Source: an uncultured Nitrososphaeraceae archaeon
GTDB lineage: Archaea > Thermoproteota > Nitrososphaeria > Nitrososphaerales > Nitrososphaeraceae
Direction of reading: 5' to 3'
Length of the DNA: 64,000 bases
Assembly (NCBI GenBank): GCA_963825865.1
Contig: CAWGVG010000036.1
Span: 121,778-185,777, forward strand
A program made the position numbers and the translations under genes. A model generated the notes under the pieces. The model worked only from the letters and a program-made list of their open reading frames with translations. It ran no database searches and was not told the DNA's origin. This document shows, piece after piece, positions 1 through 10,415 of the stretch (its first letter is position 1; every line of letters begins with the position of its first letter).

Positions 1-90
1 TTTGTATTCGAAGATCCAAAACATTGCAACACAGATGGATGGCCCTCGACCTGTTACAACGTAGGGTATAACGACGGTCAACAAAGCTGA
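1..90 (+). CDS. 3' end of a hypothetical protein (…DPKHCNTDGWPSTCYNVGYNDGQQS*), truncated by the window edge
   Basis: Frame 1 is open from base 1 to TGA at 88-90 and contains a Cys pair; it lies just upstream of the next gene. Confidence 0.4.
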   Translation, partial: FVFEDPKHCNTDGWPSTCYNVGYNDGQQS

Positions 91-106
91 GGAGATGAAT
101 TAATCA

Positions 107-1090
107 ATGAACAACCACAATAGCAAAACTCAATTCCACAAAGTTTTGGTAATAGGGCTAGGACAGCTAGGTTTGCCTGTAGCAAAATATGTTAAGGAAA
201 AAGGATTTGACGTGTATGGCTATGATTTAAGTCATGAAGCCATAGAGCGTGCAGAGAGGATCGCAGCAATAAAGAAAGCTACTAATTTTAGCGACTTTGA
301 TGTTTACATTATATGCGTGTCTACCCACAATCCTGATGACATTTACTCTCCGAAAATAGACGGGTTGTTATCAATTGCCGGAACAATCTCCAGAGAGGCA
401 AAAGACGGAGCACTTGTTTCAATAGAGAGCACTATTCCGCGGGGCACTTCTAAAAGAGTATTTGAAATGCTTAACCATAGAGTACATGTAGCGCATGCAC
501 CCCATAGGTGGTATTCTCTAGAACAAGAAGAACATGGGGTAAATCAATTACGTATTGTAGGAGGAGTCTGTGATTGTTGTCTTAAGACAGCTTTGGAGTT
601 TTATAGTGACAGAAATACTGCTGCTACTTCTACCAATAATAACACTGCCATTACCAATGCTAGCACTTCTGAGATTAGCAATGACGGTAACAATAACAAT
701 AACAATAACAAAAGCTTGGCCATTCCTATGCATCCAGTATCTAAAGTAGAAATTGCTGAAACAACAAAAATAGTTGAAAATGCACACAGATATCTGCAAA
801 TAGCTTTCGCTGAAGATCTTTACCTATACTGTCAAGCAAATAACATAAGCTTTCCAGAATTGCGTGATGCGCTTAATACCAAATGGAACGTTGACATTTT
901 AGAACCAATGGAAGGAATAGGAGGACACTGCCTACCAAAAGATACTAGAATGTTTTTGCAATCATCAGTTCGAAGAAAAAGTAAGATATTAACGGCAGCT
1001 ATGGAAGTAGATGAAGATTATAAAAAATATAGAGCCATGATCGAATCACAGCTTGAATGTCCTCCTCTTGTTGAGCCTAACAGCAAATAG
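107..1090 (+). CDS. UDP-glucose/GDP-mannose dehydrogenase family protein (NAD-binding and central domains; C-terminal UDP-binding domain apparently absent)
   Basis: Rossmann motif VIGLGQLG, IESTIPRGT, AETTKIVENAHRYLQIAFAE and catalytic GIGGHCLPKD; contains an N/T-rich insertion. Confidence 0.85.
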   Translation: MNNHNSKTQFHKVLVIGLGQLGLPVAKYVKEKGFDVYGYDLSHEAIERAERIAAIKKATNFSDFDVYIICVSTHNPDDIYSPKIDGLLSIAGTISREAKDGALVSIESTIPRGTSKRVFEMLNHRVHVAHAPHRWYSLEQEEHGVNQLRIVGGVCDCCLKTALEFYSDRNTAATSTNNNTAITNASTSEISNDGNNNNNNNKSLAIPMHPVSKVEIAETTKIVENAHRYLQIAFAEDLYLYCQANNISFPELRDALNTKWNVDILEPMEGIGGHCLPKDTRMFLQSSVRRKSKILTAAMEVDEDYKKYRAMIESQLECPPLVEPNSK

Positions 1091-2199
1091 AATGTGGGAC
1101 TGAGTATAAAACATCACAATTAGCAATTGTGTTCAATTGCTATTGCTGTAACCAAAGGTCATTCTAAACTTGGAAATGGAAGGCAATTCGCATTATAAAA
1201 GACTGGTTGGCTAGGTGCAACAAGCTTGATGGGCTAAACTTTAATGCCGAATTAAAGATGAATGAAAAGGCCTTAAAGGTGCAAGCGAAAGTTATTTCTC
1301 AGTCGTCAAAGATGGATTGATGGTGGTGCAAATAATATACATGAATATGGAGAAAGGATTACTGTCAGAAGCTTACTAAAGGAATTACTTAAAGAACGTT
1401 TGAAAAATATAGAAAAAGATTCATCGAAGACACAGACAGATGGACACAAAGTACCGTATTTTATCGTAAGACCTAACCTATTAAAAGTACTTTGTATATA
1501 ATTCCGAAGATATAAGAAAAAAGCGACAGTATATTACTAGTATGGCAAATATGTGAATAGCTAGCTACAAAAAGAGAAGAATTATGTATTTTTGTAGCAG
1601 ACAGAGCTCAACTGCATTGTTGCATAACTAACCATTCTGTCGATATAATTTGACCTATTTTCATATAGCTTACATGGTATAACGTTATCGAATGATTAAC
1701 TGGCATGTATACAATAAACCGCGTAATTGAAAGCTTAAATCTTTATTCTCCATTGATCTGCACATATTCGATACTGTGTTGATGTCTTACGCTTGCCTAT
1801 CAAGAAGGCCGTTGTTATTCAAATCGTTTACTGGACTGGCTGTATCAGAATTTGATGTCATTGTCAAAAAAATAGAATCAAAATATGATGACATCGTAAT
1901 TACGCAATATGTCTATTCTATACTTCACTTATCACATAACAGGTAATTCTATTATTATATCACATTTTTTCCTTTATCTTTCCTGTGGTGTTCAGCCACA
2001 GAGCTAATAAGTGAAGTTATTATCATCTCTATTGATAAGTCCTGATTGTGGGCTGCTTATTGATAGAAAATAATAATAATAATAATAAACATATGTATTT
2101 TAGATAGCTCTTAAATTCGAGTTGATAGATCTAAAATATCCTTTTCCTTTTTTAATTAAAAAAAATAAAAAAGTGTTGGGAAGTTAAAGTTGTTGTCTG

Positions 2200-2796
2200 C
2201 TATTTCTGTATTGTTAGTCTTTCGTCTCCAGAAATCAAGCCCGCTTGTTGTAGACAATCGAATAGGGCTCTTGCGTGACCTTCAGTAATATCACCGCTTA
2301 AGACAAGTCCAATTAGTATGAGTTCGATTTGCAGATCTGATACTGTGCCGGTGTTGATTATTTTGCATACGTCTTCAATTGAGGATACCTTGAAACCCAG
2401 TTTTACGAATGCTTGAATAAAAGCTTTTTGCTCATCCAAGGTAAGCTTTGTTGTGAAACAGTCTGCGCACGGATCTTTCACTGCGCCATTATTGACTGCG
2501 CCGTTATTGACTGCGCCGTTTTCTCTTACACATGATGCATTGTCACCTGGATGTGTGCATATCACGTTTTGACATTCTTGTGCTAATGAGTTATCAAATC
2601 CGCTTTCTGTCGCGTCTTGTTTGCATGCCTGTAAGGTAACTGTGTTACCATCTCTACTATTTTCTTGTGATCCTCCTCTATTCTTCTTTTGATAAGCAAG
2701 TGCTGTTTGTGTTGTTGCTGTTGCTGCAAATGTTCCTACTACTAATGTTGCTGCCATAAAGATAGCAACTATAGCTAAAGTTTTTGTGTTGTTCAT
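2200..2796 (-). CDS. Secreted 'CTHP-family' protein, copy 1, with a C-terminal helical Cys-containing domain
   Basis: Signal peptide MNNTKTLAIVAIFMAATLVVG…ALAY; core GNTVTLQACKQ…SGFDNSLAQECQNVICTHPGDNASC shared with five other ORFs in the window. Confidence 0.85.
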   Translation of the reverse strand: MNNTKTLAIVAIFMAATLVVGTFAATATTQTALAYQKKNRGGSQENSRDGNTVTLQACKQDATESGFDNSLAQECQNVICTHPGDNASCVRENGAVNNGAVNNGAVKDPCADCFTTKLTLDEQKAFIQAFVKLGFKVSSIEDVCKIINTGTVSDLQIELILIGLVLSGDITEGHARALFDCLQQAGLISGDERLTIQK

Positions 2797-2935
2797 ACGT
2801 TACCAAGCAATATGATTTCATCTATATATTTGACTTGAGGAAGTTAATGCTGTTTTATTTAGTATGATTTAGTGCTAACTTATCTAGCATAACTATTGAG
2901 AATATCAAATGACGTGAAATTAATCATTTATATAT
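2797..2935 (-). promoter_or_regulatory. Conserved upstream element of the CTHP family, copy 1
   Basis: Shared blocks (coding strand) TTTCACGTCATTTGATATTCTCAATAGTTATGCTAGA…CAGCATTAACTTCCTCAAGTCAAATATATAGATG, including a TATA-like AAATATATAG. Confidence 0.8.
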
Positions 2936-3147
2936 TGGTAGTATATATTCACTGTAATTAAATAATAATAAATAAACCCACCACTAACATCGAGCTTTCT
3001 TTTATGTTTTTAAATAAAACACACGCTAGCAGTGGACTTGATAACATGAGAACAAAAAGATGATGGAAAATAATATGCAGTAATGATAATGGTGGTAGAG
3101 GAAAACAAAAAGGCAGCAGGTTATTATCCTCGTGTTCATCTTTTTTT

Positions 3148-3283
3148 GCTACTATTATTGTCAGTATTAGTTTTCATACTCAATTTTTCTATATCAATCT
3201 TATAGAGGTAAAAAAAATTTGGTTAATTTAATTAACTCATATAATAATAATGAAAAGGTTGTAATTACTCCTTCTGTTACAAA
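3148..3283. repeat. Direct repeat block, similar to 9244-9404
   Basis: CTATTATTGTCAGTATTAGT…TATATCAATCTTA.AGAGGTAAAAA…TTTGGTTAATTTAATTAA.TCATATAATAAT..TGAAAAGGTTGTAATTA is present at both sites. Confidence 0.8.
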
Positions 3284-3654
3284 GCAGTGGTGTTATATCT
3301 ATTTCTCTCTCTGTCTCTTTCTCCAATCTGCAACAGCTAATCGAGAATTCTATGCGAAGGCGTTGCACTGTGCCTGCTTGGTATAACATTATTACTATAC
3401 ATTATTATATATCTTATATGAAAAGATTGTTATAGTTAATTGTAAGTTAAAAAAGAGTATTTGTAAGTTAAGAGGCTCTTCCGAATCTAGTACTTTTGCC
3501 TATATATACCATTGTCATCAAAAATACTTCATAAAAAATATATTAAAACATATTAAAACATATTAAAACATGGTTATATCATCCATTATGCTAAAAAATC
3601 CTGGATTATAGCACCAAACTACTCAACTTTTCATTGGCACCTGAACCAAAACAA

Positions 3655-4119
3655 TTCAATTATAATTAACATAGTTACTTAACAATCTTTTTATTCCAGA
3701 TTACACCACTAACTATTAGATGTAGATTGGCATAGATAGAATGGTGGAGCGAGGTAGTTGTGTTGTTCATAATCTACTACTATTGTTGACCTATCTTCTG
3801 TCTTGCTAGTCTACATCTTTTAGATTTAAAGTTTTAGGAGAGGGATTATTAAGAATAAACGAATAACTATTGAATTAATCTATGATATATAATTTAATTA
3901 ATTTACACTCTTGGTTGTTTTGCCATATTAATTACCTGCTTACCTTTTTTTGTAAGCTTGTTGTATCGCCTGTTTTTAATTATTCTTCTTTCTACTAATC
4001 CATCATTGTGTGCTTTAAGCAAAAGTTTGTGACCATAACCATATCCCCCAAGCATTTTTAGTAGTTCTCTGGCTGTAAGAGCAATAAGCAAAGTTATAGA
4101 AGCATACAAACGAGATAAG
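3655..4119. repeat. ~465-bp inverted duplication of 9417-9881
   Basis: Near-identical to the reverse complement of 9417-9881 throughout. Confidence 0.9.
3903..4119 (-). pseudogene. Small winged-helix-like protein, 5' end truncated at the TnpB remnant
   Basis: LTARELLKMLGGYGYGHKLLLKAHNDGLVERR…YNKLTKKGKQV resembles a wHTH wing. The part of the called ORF above 4119 is antisense TnpB sequence. Confidence 0.55.
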
Positions 4120-4637
4120 ACGATTAAACCAGCATTCAAACCACCTGGTTCAATACATACGACCAGAGAAATTCTAGAATAGGAATTGATACGGCGTCTA
4201 TAATGACTTTGCAAGGAAGGTTGAAACTTCCTACTAGAATAGGAGGGTATCAGAAAGCAAGGTTTGATAGGGTTCGTGGCCAATGCGATTTAATATACAG
4301 AAATGGTGTTTTCTACCTGATTGTCGTAGTAGATATGCACCAGAAAAGTCAGAAGAATATGATCCTGTTGGTGCTTTAGGCGTAGACTTGGGAATTAAAA
4401 ATATAGCAGTAGATAGCGATAGACAGATATTCGAAAGTAAAAAAGTTGAGAAAGCAAGACAGCATTATAACAAACAAAGATCAATATTACAGAAGGTAGG
4501 GACTAAATCAGCAGAGAAAACTAAAGAAAATATCTGGTAAGGAAAGACGTTTTAAGAAAGATACTAACCATTTTGAATGCCTTCAATGTGGATATAAGGA
4601 AATGGCGGATTATATTGCAGCAAAGAATATTGCTCGC
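4120..4637 (+). mobile_element. tnpB: Degraded IS200/IS605-family TnpB (frameshifted, internally deleted)
   Basis: GQCDLIYRNGVFYL, RuvC-I LGVDLGIKNIAVDS, …KERRFKKDTNH joined directly to FECLQCGYKEMADYIAAKNIAR (Zn-finger half plus RuvC-III). Confidence 0.85.
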
Positions 4638-5032
4638 CTAGGTTACAATCATTATTATCGTCTTATCTTTATCTATTTCTATTTCTTCTTCTATGGCTTC
4701 TTCTTTCTGTGATAACGCTACATTCTTGTGATCACATGTTGTCTCCCTTGTTGTTTTTTTTGAGAATAATCTTTCCTTGTATGCTTTGTGAATTTCAAAA
4801 CTTGGGGCAACAGCTTTCTTAACCACGACTCAGATATACCTCTGATAGTAAAAGATTCAACAATCATTTTTCTAAATTGTATATTATCTATATTCAGATC
4901 TGAAGCTAATTGTTTTATTTCTTCTATCTGTTGGATGAATGTCTTTTTTGCATCTATGTAGATATTCTGTAGTCCGTAAACTGTTGACAAGTTAAAAGAA
5001 GTTATTGGTTTAAAGATAAGAGGGTTGAACAA
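4638..5032 (-). CDS. Hypothetical protein (frameshifted) lying between the tnpB 3' end and the element right end
   Basis: Overlapping ORFs 4718-5032 and 4638-4826; GISESWLRKLLP helix-turn-helix-like segment. Confidence 0.45.
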
Positions 5033-5139
5033 ATCAGGGCAATATTGACGTTAATAGCAATGTAGGAATCACAAGATAGTAAAAGAAAAACAACTAGGCA
5101 GCAATAAGAAGATATAAATTTCTAAATGTTTAGTTGCTT

Positions 5140-5186
5140 CTAAGTCTGCTTTTAAAACGGTAGTGATTTATCTCGGGGTGGTTGAC
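5140..5186 (+). mobile_element. Putative IS200/IS605 right end (omega-RNA 3' boundary)
   Basis: Ends in GGGGTGGTTGAC (5175-5186), typical of IS200/IS605 right ends, downstream of tnpB on the same strand. Confidence 0.55.
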
Positions 5187-5352
5187 TTAGGCTTTCAATC
5201 CCATCTTCATCAGTTTCTAACAAGACATGCGTCCCTGTTAATCTTGCTTTATTTGATTTTGCGAAAAGATATGAAAAAAGAAAAGAAAAAAAAGTTGTGG
5301 TAGTAGTAGTAAAGAACTACCTTACCATGTATTAAGAGCTACAGCTGTTATT

Positions 5353-5658
5353 CTAACCGCTTTCTTCTACACACGTGTCATCTGGATGAGTGCAGATAAC
5401 ATTTTGTGCTTCTTGTTCTAGTGAGTTATCAAATCCACTTACTGACCCTCTTTGTTTGTTTGCCTGGATGGTGACTGTGTTACCATTTTCATTTCTATTA
5501 TCTCTTCCGTCTTTTCCCTTGTTATCCTTTCTGTCTTTTCCATTGTCTTTCTTGTAGGCAAATGCTGATGGTGTAGATGTTGCTGCGAACGTTACTCCTA
5601 CTACTAATGTTGCCGCTGTTAAGACAGCAACTATTGCTAGAGTTCTTGTGTTGTTCAT
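5353..5658 (-). CDS. Secreted CTHP-family protein, copy 2 (core only)
   Basis: MNNTRTLAIVAVLTAATLVVG…AFAY…NGNTVTIQANKQRGSVSGFDNSLEQEAQNVICTHPDDTCVEESG. Confidence 0.85.
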   Translation of the reverse strand: MNNTRTLAIVAVLTAATLVVGVTFAATSTPSAFAYKKDNGKDRKDNKGKDGRDNRNENGNTVTIQANKQRGSVSGFDNSLEQEAQNVICTHPDDTCVEESG

Positions 5659-5790
5659 TTAGATTTCGTCACAAGCATTACAATGTCATCTATATATTTG
5701 ACTTGAGGAAGTTAATGCTGTTTGTTATTACTGACTTGTCTAGCATAGCTATTGAGGATATCAAATGACGTGAAATTACTCATTTATCTA
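5659..5790 (-). promoter_or_regulatory. Conserved upstream element of the CTHP family, copy 2
   Basis: Same blocks as 2797-2935. Confidence 0.8.
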
Positions 5791-5819
5791 TCATCAGTTA
5801 TATTCTATAATTATTTGAG

Positions 5820-6982
5820 GCTTGGACATAATTCCAGATTCGTATTTTTGGCAATGTCTATTGATGAATTAGGATAAAGCTATCCTTTGAGTGTTTGAAT
5901 TTGTGATGAAACATAATCAAACATTCCCAAAGGATAGTATATGGTAGTAGTAAATGTGAATCTATCCTTTTTAGTATTCTGTATTTGATAGGATTGATAC
6001 CATGGTCAGAATCACAAAAAAAGATGAAAAGAAGGAGAAGAAGGGGCAGACCGTATGTCTATTCACCTAGCATAATTCTGAGATGTTTCATAGTAAGACT
6101 ATGGTTTAGATTGGATTCTAACAATGCATTACATAAATTCCTAGAATTGGATTATCCTTACAATAAGAAGATAATGAAAAGGTGTGGTCTGAGCCAAATA
6201 CCATATAGACGAACATTTGACAGACGACTTAAGACCATATCCATAGACATCAAGGAAAGGATTTCTGTCATGACCTGCCTGTTTGTATGCGAAAAGATGA
6301 TAGATCCATACATTGTTGCAATAGATAGCACCTTACTCAAGGCCAAAGGATCTGTCTGGCACAAATCATCTATGGAGAATGGAATAGTACCACGTTCTGG
6401 CATAGATATACTGATGCAAGGTGGGGATTCAGTCATACTAAAGGATGGATATTTGGTTACAAACTACATATGATATCAAGTACTGGTTTGACTATATTAC
6501 CATTAGCAGCTGATTTTACAACTGGCAACATACAGGATAACCAGATGTACAATCCAATGACATCATCATCAATGACTACAACTACTACTATACCAGAAGA
6601 AAAAATATGTTACATGATAGGCGATTCTGGTTATGACGATCAAAAACTATATGATCTTAGCATAAACAGAGGATTTGAACTGATATGTCCAGTACAGAGG
6701 TATGAACATACTCCTGCTGACAGACTGGAGTTAATCCAATTCTATGAATCTGAGTTAGGACAGGCTATATACTCTTGGAGAAGTAAATCAATAGAACCAC
6801 TAATAGAGCATATTAAATCTGTTTTTAGAATAGACCCATTACCGGTAAGAGGCTATCAGATGGCTGCTGGAACAGGACTTCTGTCAGTACTACTGTATCA
6901 AATCATCGTTTATTACAATTATAAAACCAATCCTTATCTAATCTCTGCTGCAGTTCAACAACAACAGTTCTCCAAGCAGTAA
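5820..6982 (+). mobile_element. Insertion sequence with a frameshifted DDE transposase (IS4/IS5-like, DDE_Tnp_1 type)
   Basis: RRGRPYVYS, PYRRTFDRRL, VAIDSTLLKA, GYKLH, MIGDSGYD, RSKSIEPLIEHIK. Possible short TIR GCTTGGA (5820) / TCCAAGC (6971-6977); hairpin at 5880-5937 just before ATG 5941. Confidence 0.85.
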
Positions 6983-7562
6983 AAACTACTTCTTTTTGAT
7001 TTGAGTTTTTACAGAATATTTTCAGACAACAGCGCACCACCACACTGCACGTAATACTTGAAAACACTCACTCAGAAGAAGAAGAAGAACGTTGTTCTAA
7101 CTCTAAAATTGCATTTTCTATGCTATTATTCTGCTACCGTTTGATCAATGCTTTGATTCCTTATTAAAAATGAAAATGTTAAAGAAATTTAGAAAAATAA
7201 CTTTAAAAAGAATCATTATCAGTTGCATAGTCCGTTTGTTAGTATAGTATAATACAATAGGAATATCACGTTTATGTGTGTCATATTTGTTAGTATAAGT
7301 GGCCCTTCCCTTACATACTTACATTGACGTCCGCTTCACGTTTGTAAGCATAGTCCAAAAGAGTAGATGCAGTCACCAGAAACTAAATACTGGTTTACCA
7401 AGCTAAAAGCATAGCGAACAAAATCATTAAACCATTCTACGCATTTTTGTTAGGCAGTATAGATGATATATTATTATGCAGATCTGTAAAAAGTCACGTA
7501 ACCACACATACACTGACAAAAAAATAAAGAGGAGGTTTTTTTCGTTCTAGTATCTATCTGAT

Positions 7563-8239
7563 CTATGTGGCCGGACTCTCTTTTATACAGACTGTACCAT
7601 GTGGACCTATTGGGTTGCCTGGATCTCCAGATTCTACCAGAGCAAGCACGAACCCACTATTACCCTCTGAATTATTACATGGATTCTGATTTGGCTGTGC
7701 TACTACTACTCTAAAGGTATTACCAGGAGTGCCTTGAGGATGTTGTTGGCAAAGTTGCTGTTTGGTCTCCGAGTTTCTTAGGCAGACATAATATCGTACC
7801 TGCAGGTATTGGCTCGTTGGCCACCTTGGGCTGGGACCGTGTCATTGAGTTTCTACGTTATTGAGCAGTGCCATGCTGGACATCCTATTTCACTTGGTGG
7901 TGTTACTGGTGTTACTGGTGTTACTGCTCTGCTTCGTTTTCAGTTACACATGTTGCATTGTTGCCTGGATGTGGTACATATCACGTTTTGACATTCTTGT
8001 TCTGCTGTGTTATCAAATCCACTTACTGAACCTAGTTGTTTGCATTTTTGGATGGTATCTGTGTTACCATTTTTACTATTTCCGTTATCTCGTGTTCCTT
8101 TCTTGTAAGTATCTTGTCCTCCTTTTTTCTTCTGATAAGCAAGTGCTGATTGTGTTGTTGTTGCTGCAAATGTTCCTGCTACTACTAATGTTGCTGCTAT
8201 AAACATAGCAGCTATTGCTAGAGTTTTTGTGTTGTTCAT
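7563..8239 (-). CDS. Secreted CTHP-family protein, copy 3, with a Pro/Cys-rich C-terminal domain (several frameshifts)
   Basis: Core NGNTDTIQKCKQLGSVSGFDNTAEQECQNVIC; after a frameshift HPGNNATCVTENE…VTPVTPVTPPSEIGCP…PAGTILCLPK…GDPGNPIGPHGTVCIKESPAT*. Confidence 0.7.
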
Positions 8240-8385
8240 ATAGTTTCGTTACCAAACATTATGATGTCGTCTATATATTTGACTTGTCGAACTTAATGCT
8301 GATTTATTTAGTATAATTTAGTGCTAACTTATCTAGCATAATTATTGAGAATATCAAATGACGTTAAATTACTCATTTATCTATT
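8240..8385 (-). promoter_or_regulatory. Conserved upstream element of the CTHP family, copy 3
   Basis: Same blocks; nearly identical to the copy 4 upstream region. Confidence 0.8.
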
Positions 8386-8641
8386 GATAGTGGATATTCA
8401 GAGTAATAACAAATAACAAATAATAAACTGTATAACTTACCACTTTTTTCTTATATATACACGGTGTAAATAAACCGCACAAGATAATAGGAGACTTAAT
8501 GCTGAAGAGGAAGAAGAGGAGGAGGAAAAATAATAATATACACTAGTAGTTTTTGCGCTGATATAAAAAAGAAAAAAAGGTTGTGGTAGTAGTAATAATG
8601 AACTACCTTACCATGCAGTAACAGCTACAGCTGTTGCTATT

Positions 8642-8905
8642 CTAACCGCTTTCACTAGTACAGGTTGCGTTTTCGCCAGGGTGTGTGCAGATAACGTTTT
8701 AAGCTTCTTGTTCTAGATCGTTATCCCATCCACTTACTGACCCTTTTTGTTTGTTTGCCTGGATGGTGACTGTGTTACCATCTTTACTATTGTCCTGTCC
8801 TTTCTTGAAAGCAAATGCTGCTGATGTTGCTGAGACTGTTAATCCCACTACTAATGTTGCCGCTGTTAAGACAGCAACTATTGCTAGAGTTTTTGTGTTG
8901 TTCAT
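8642..8905 (-). pseudogene. Secreted CTHP-family protein, copy 4, with an in-frame TAA at 8699-8701
   Basis: …SGWDNDLEQEA*NVICTHPGENATCTSESG*; the stop replaces the conserved CAA (Q). Confidence 0.8.
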
Positions 8906-9052
8906 ATAGGTTTCGTCACAAGCATTACAATGTCATCTATATATTTGACTTGTCGAAGTTAATGCTGATTTATTTAGTATAATTTAGTGCTAACTTATCT
9001 AGCATAACTATTGAGAATATCAAATGACGTTAAATTACTCATTTATCTATTG
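8906..9052 (-). promoter_or_regulatory. Conserved upstream element of the CTHP family, copy 4
   Basis: Same blocks as 2797-2935. Confidence 0.8.
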
Positions 9053-9408
9053 ATAGTAGATATTTACTATAACTAAATAACCGAGAGTGCGGCATAATTT
9101 GATTATGCAATGTTCAAGTTAGTTTTATTGACAAGTCCGGTTAGTTAGCTTCATTTATAAATATCCAGATGCTCTGATTCTCGTTATTCCTTTTGTAATT
9201 CTTCTGCAGCATTTATTGTTTTAGGTTCCTCTTCTTCTTTTCGCTCTATTATTGTCAGTATTAGTATTCTCTCTTTTGTTTGGCATTTGGTGTTTTCATA
9301 ACTCAGCTTTACTATATCAATCTTAAAGAGGTAAAAACACTTTGGTTAATTTAATTAATTCATATAATAATTTTGAAAAGGTTGTAATTAATCTTTCTGT
9401 TACAACAG

Positions 9409-9633
9409 GTGCAATCCTTATCTCGTTTGTATGCTTCTATAACTTTGCTTATTGCTCTTACAGCCAGAGAACTACTAAAAATGCTTGGGGGATATGGTTA
9501 TGGTCACAAACTTTTGCTTAAAGCACACAACGATTGGTTAGTAGAAAGAAGAATAAATAAAAACAGGTGATACAACAAGCTTACAAAAAAAAGTAAGCAG
9601 GTAACTAATATAGCAAAACAACTAAGAGTGTAG
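9409..9633 (+). pseudogene. Second copy of the small wHTH-like gene, with an internal TGA (9568-9570)
   Basis: GTG…SRLYASITLLIALTARELLKMLGGYGYGHKLLLKAHNDWLVERRINKNR*YNKLTKKSKQV. Confidence 0.55.
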
Positions 9634-10415
9634 ATTAATTAAATTATATATTATAGATTAATTCAATATTATTCGTTCATTCTTAATAATCCGCTCTCCT
9701 AAAACTTTAAATCTAAAAGATGTAGACTAGCAAGACAGAAGATAGGTCAACAATAGTAGTAGATTATGAACAACACAACTACCTCGCTCCACCATTCTAT
9801 CTATGCCAATCTACATCTAATAGTTAGTGGTGTAATCTGGAATAAAAAGATTGTTAAGTAACTATGTTAATTATAATTGAAATGTGTGTATTTATTTATT
9901 TAGGGATGGGAGTAGCCTCTATGGACAATTACATTTTTTATTATTGTGACTTCAAAAGTGATGTCAAAGGTTCAGAAAAAAAGTTGAATACATTGAGTTG
10001 ATCTCATATATTATTAATTATAATCTCACAACTTTCTGCAACTCCATATTATACAACCTATTGATCAATAAGTTATGATATCATCACAAGACGAATATTG
10101 CCGAGATATGATAATGATATCATGCATGCATGAATACGACTTTATGCTATTATCATTAACAATATCGCATTCTTGCTTCCATTGCGTCATTTTCTTTGTA
10201 TAATTGTACAATAAGAGTAATTATTATAAAGATAATATAGTCGCAATTATTACGCCCGTAATGTTAGATCATAATAATAGAGAAAATAATTATTAAGAAT
10301 CATAAATTAACAATTTAATACATCTTTGATGTGAAACAATATATAAGTTTTAAATTATAGCAAGATTAACATTAAATCAAATATACTATAATAACAAATC
10401 CCTAATTAGAATTTC

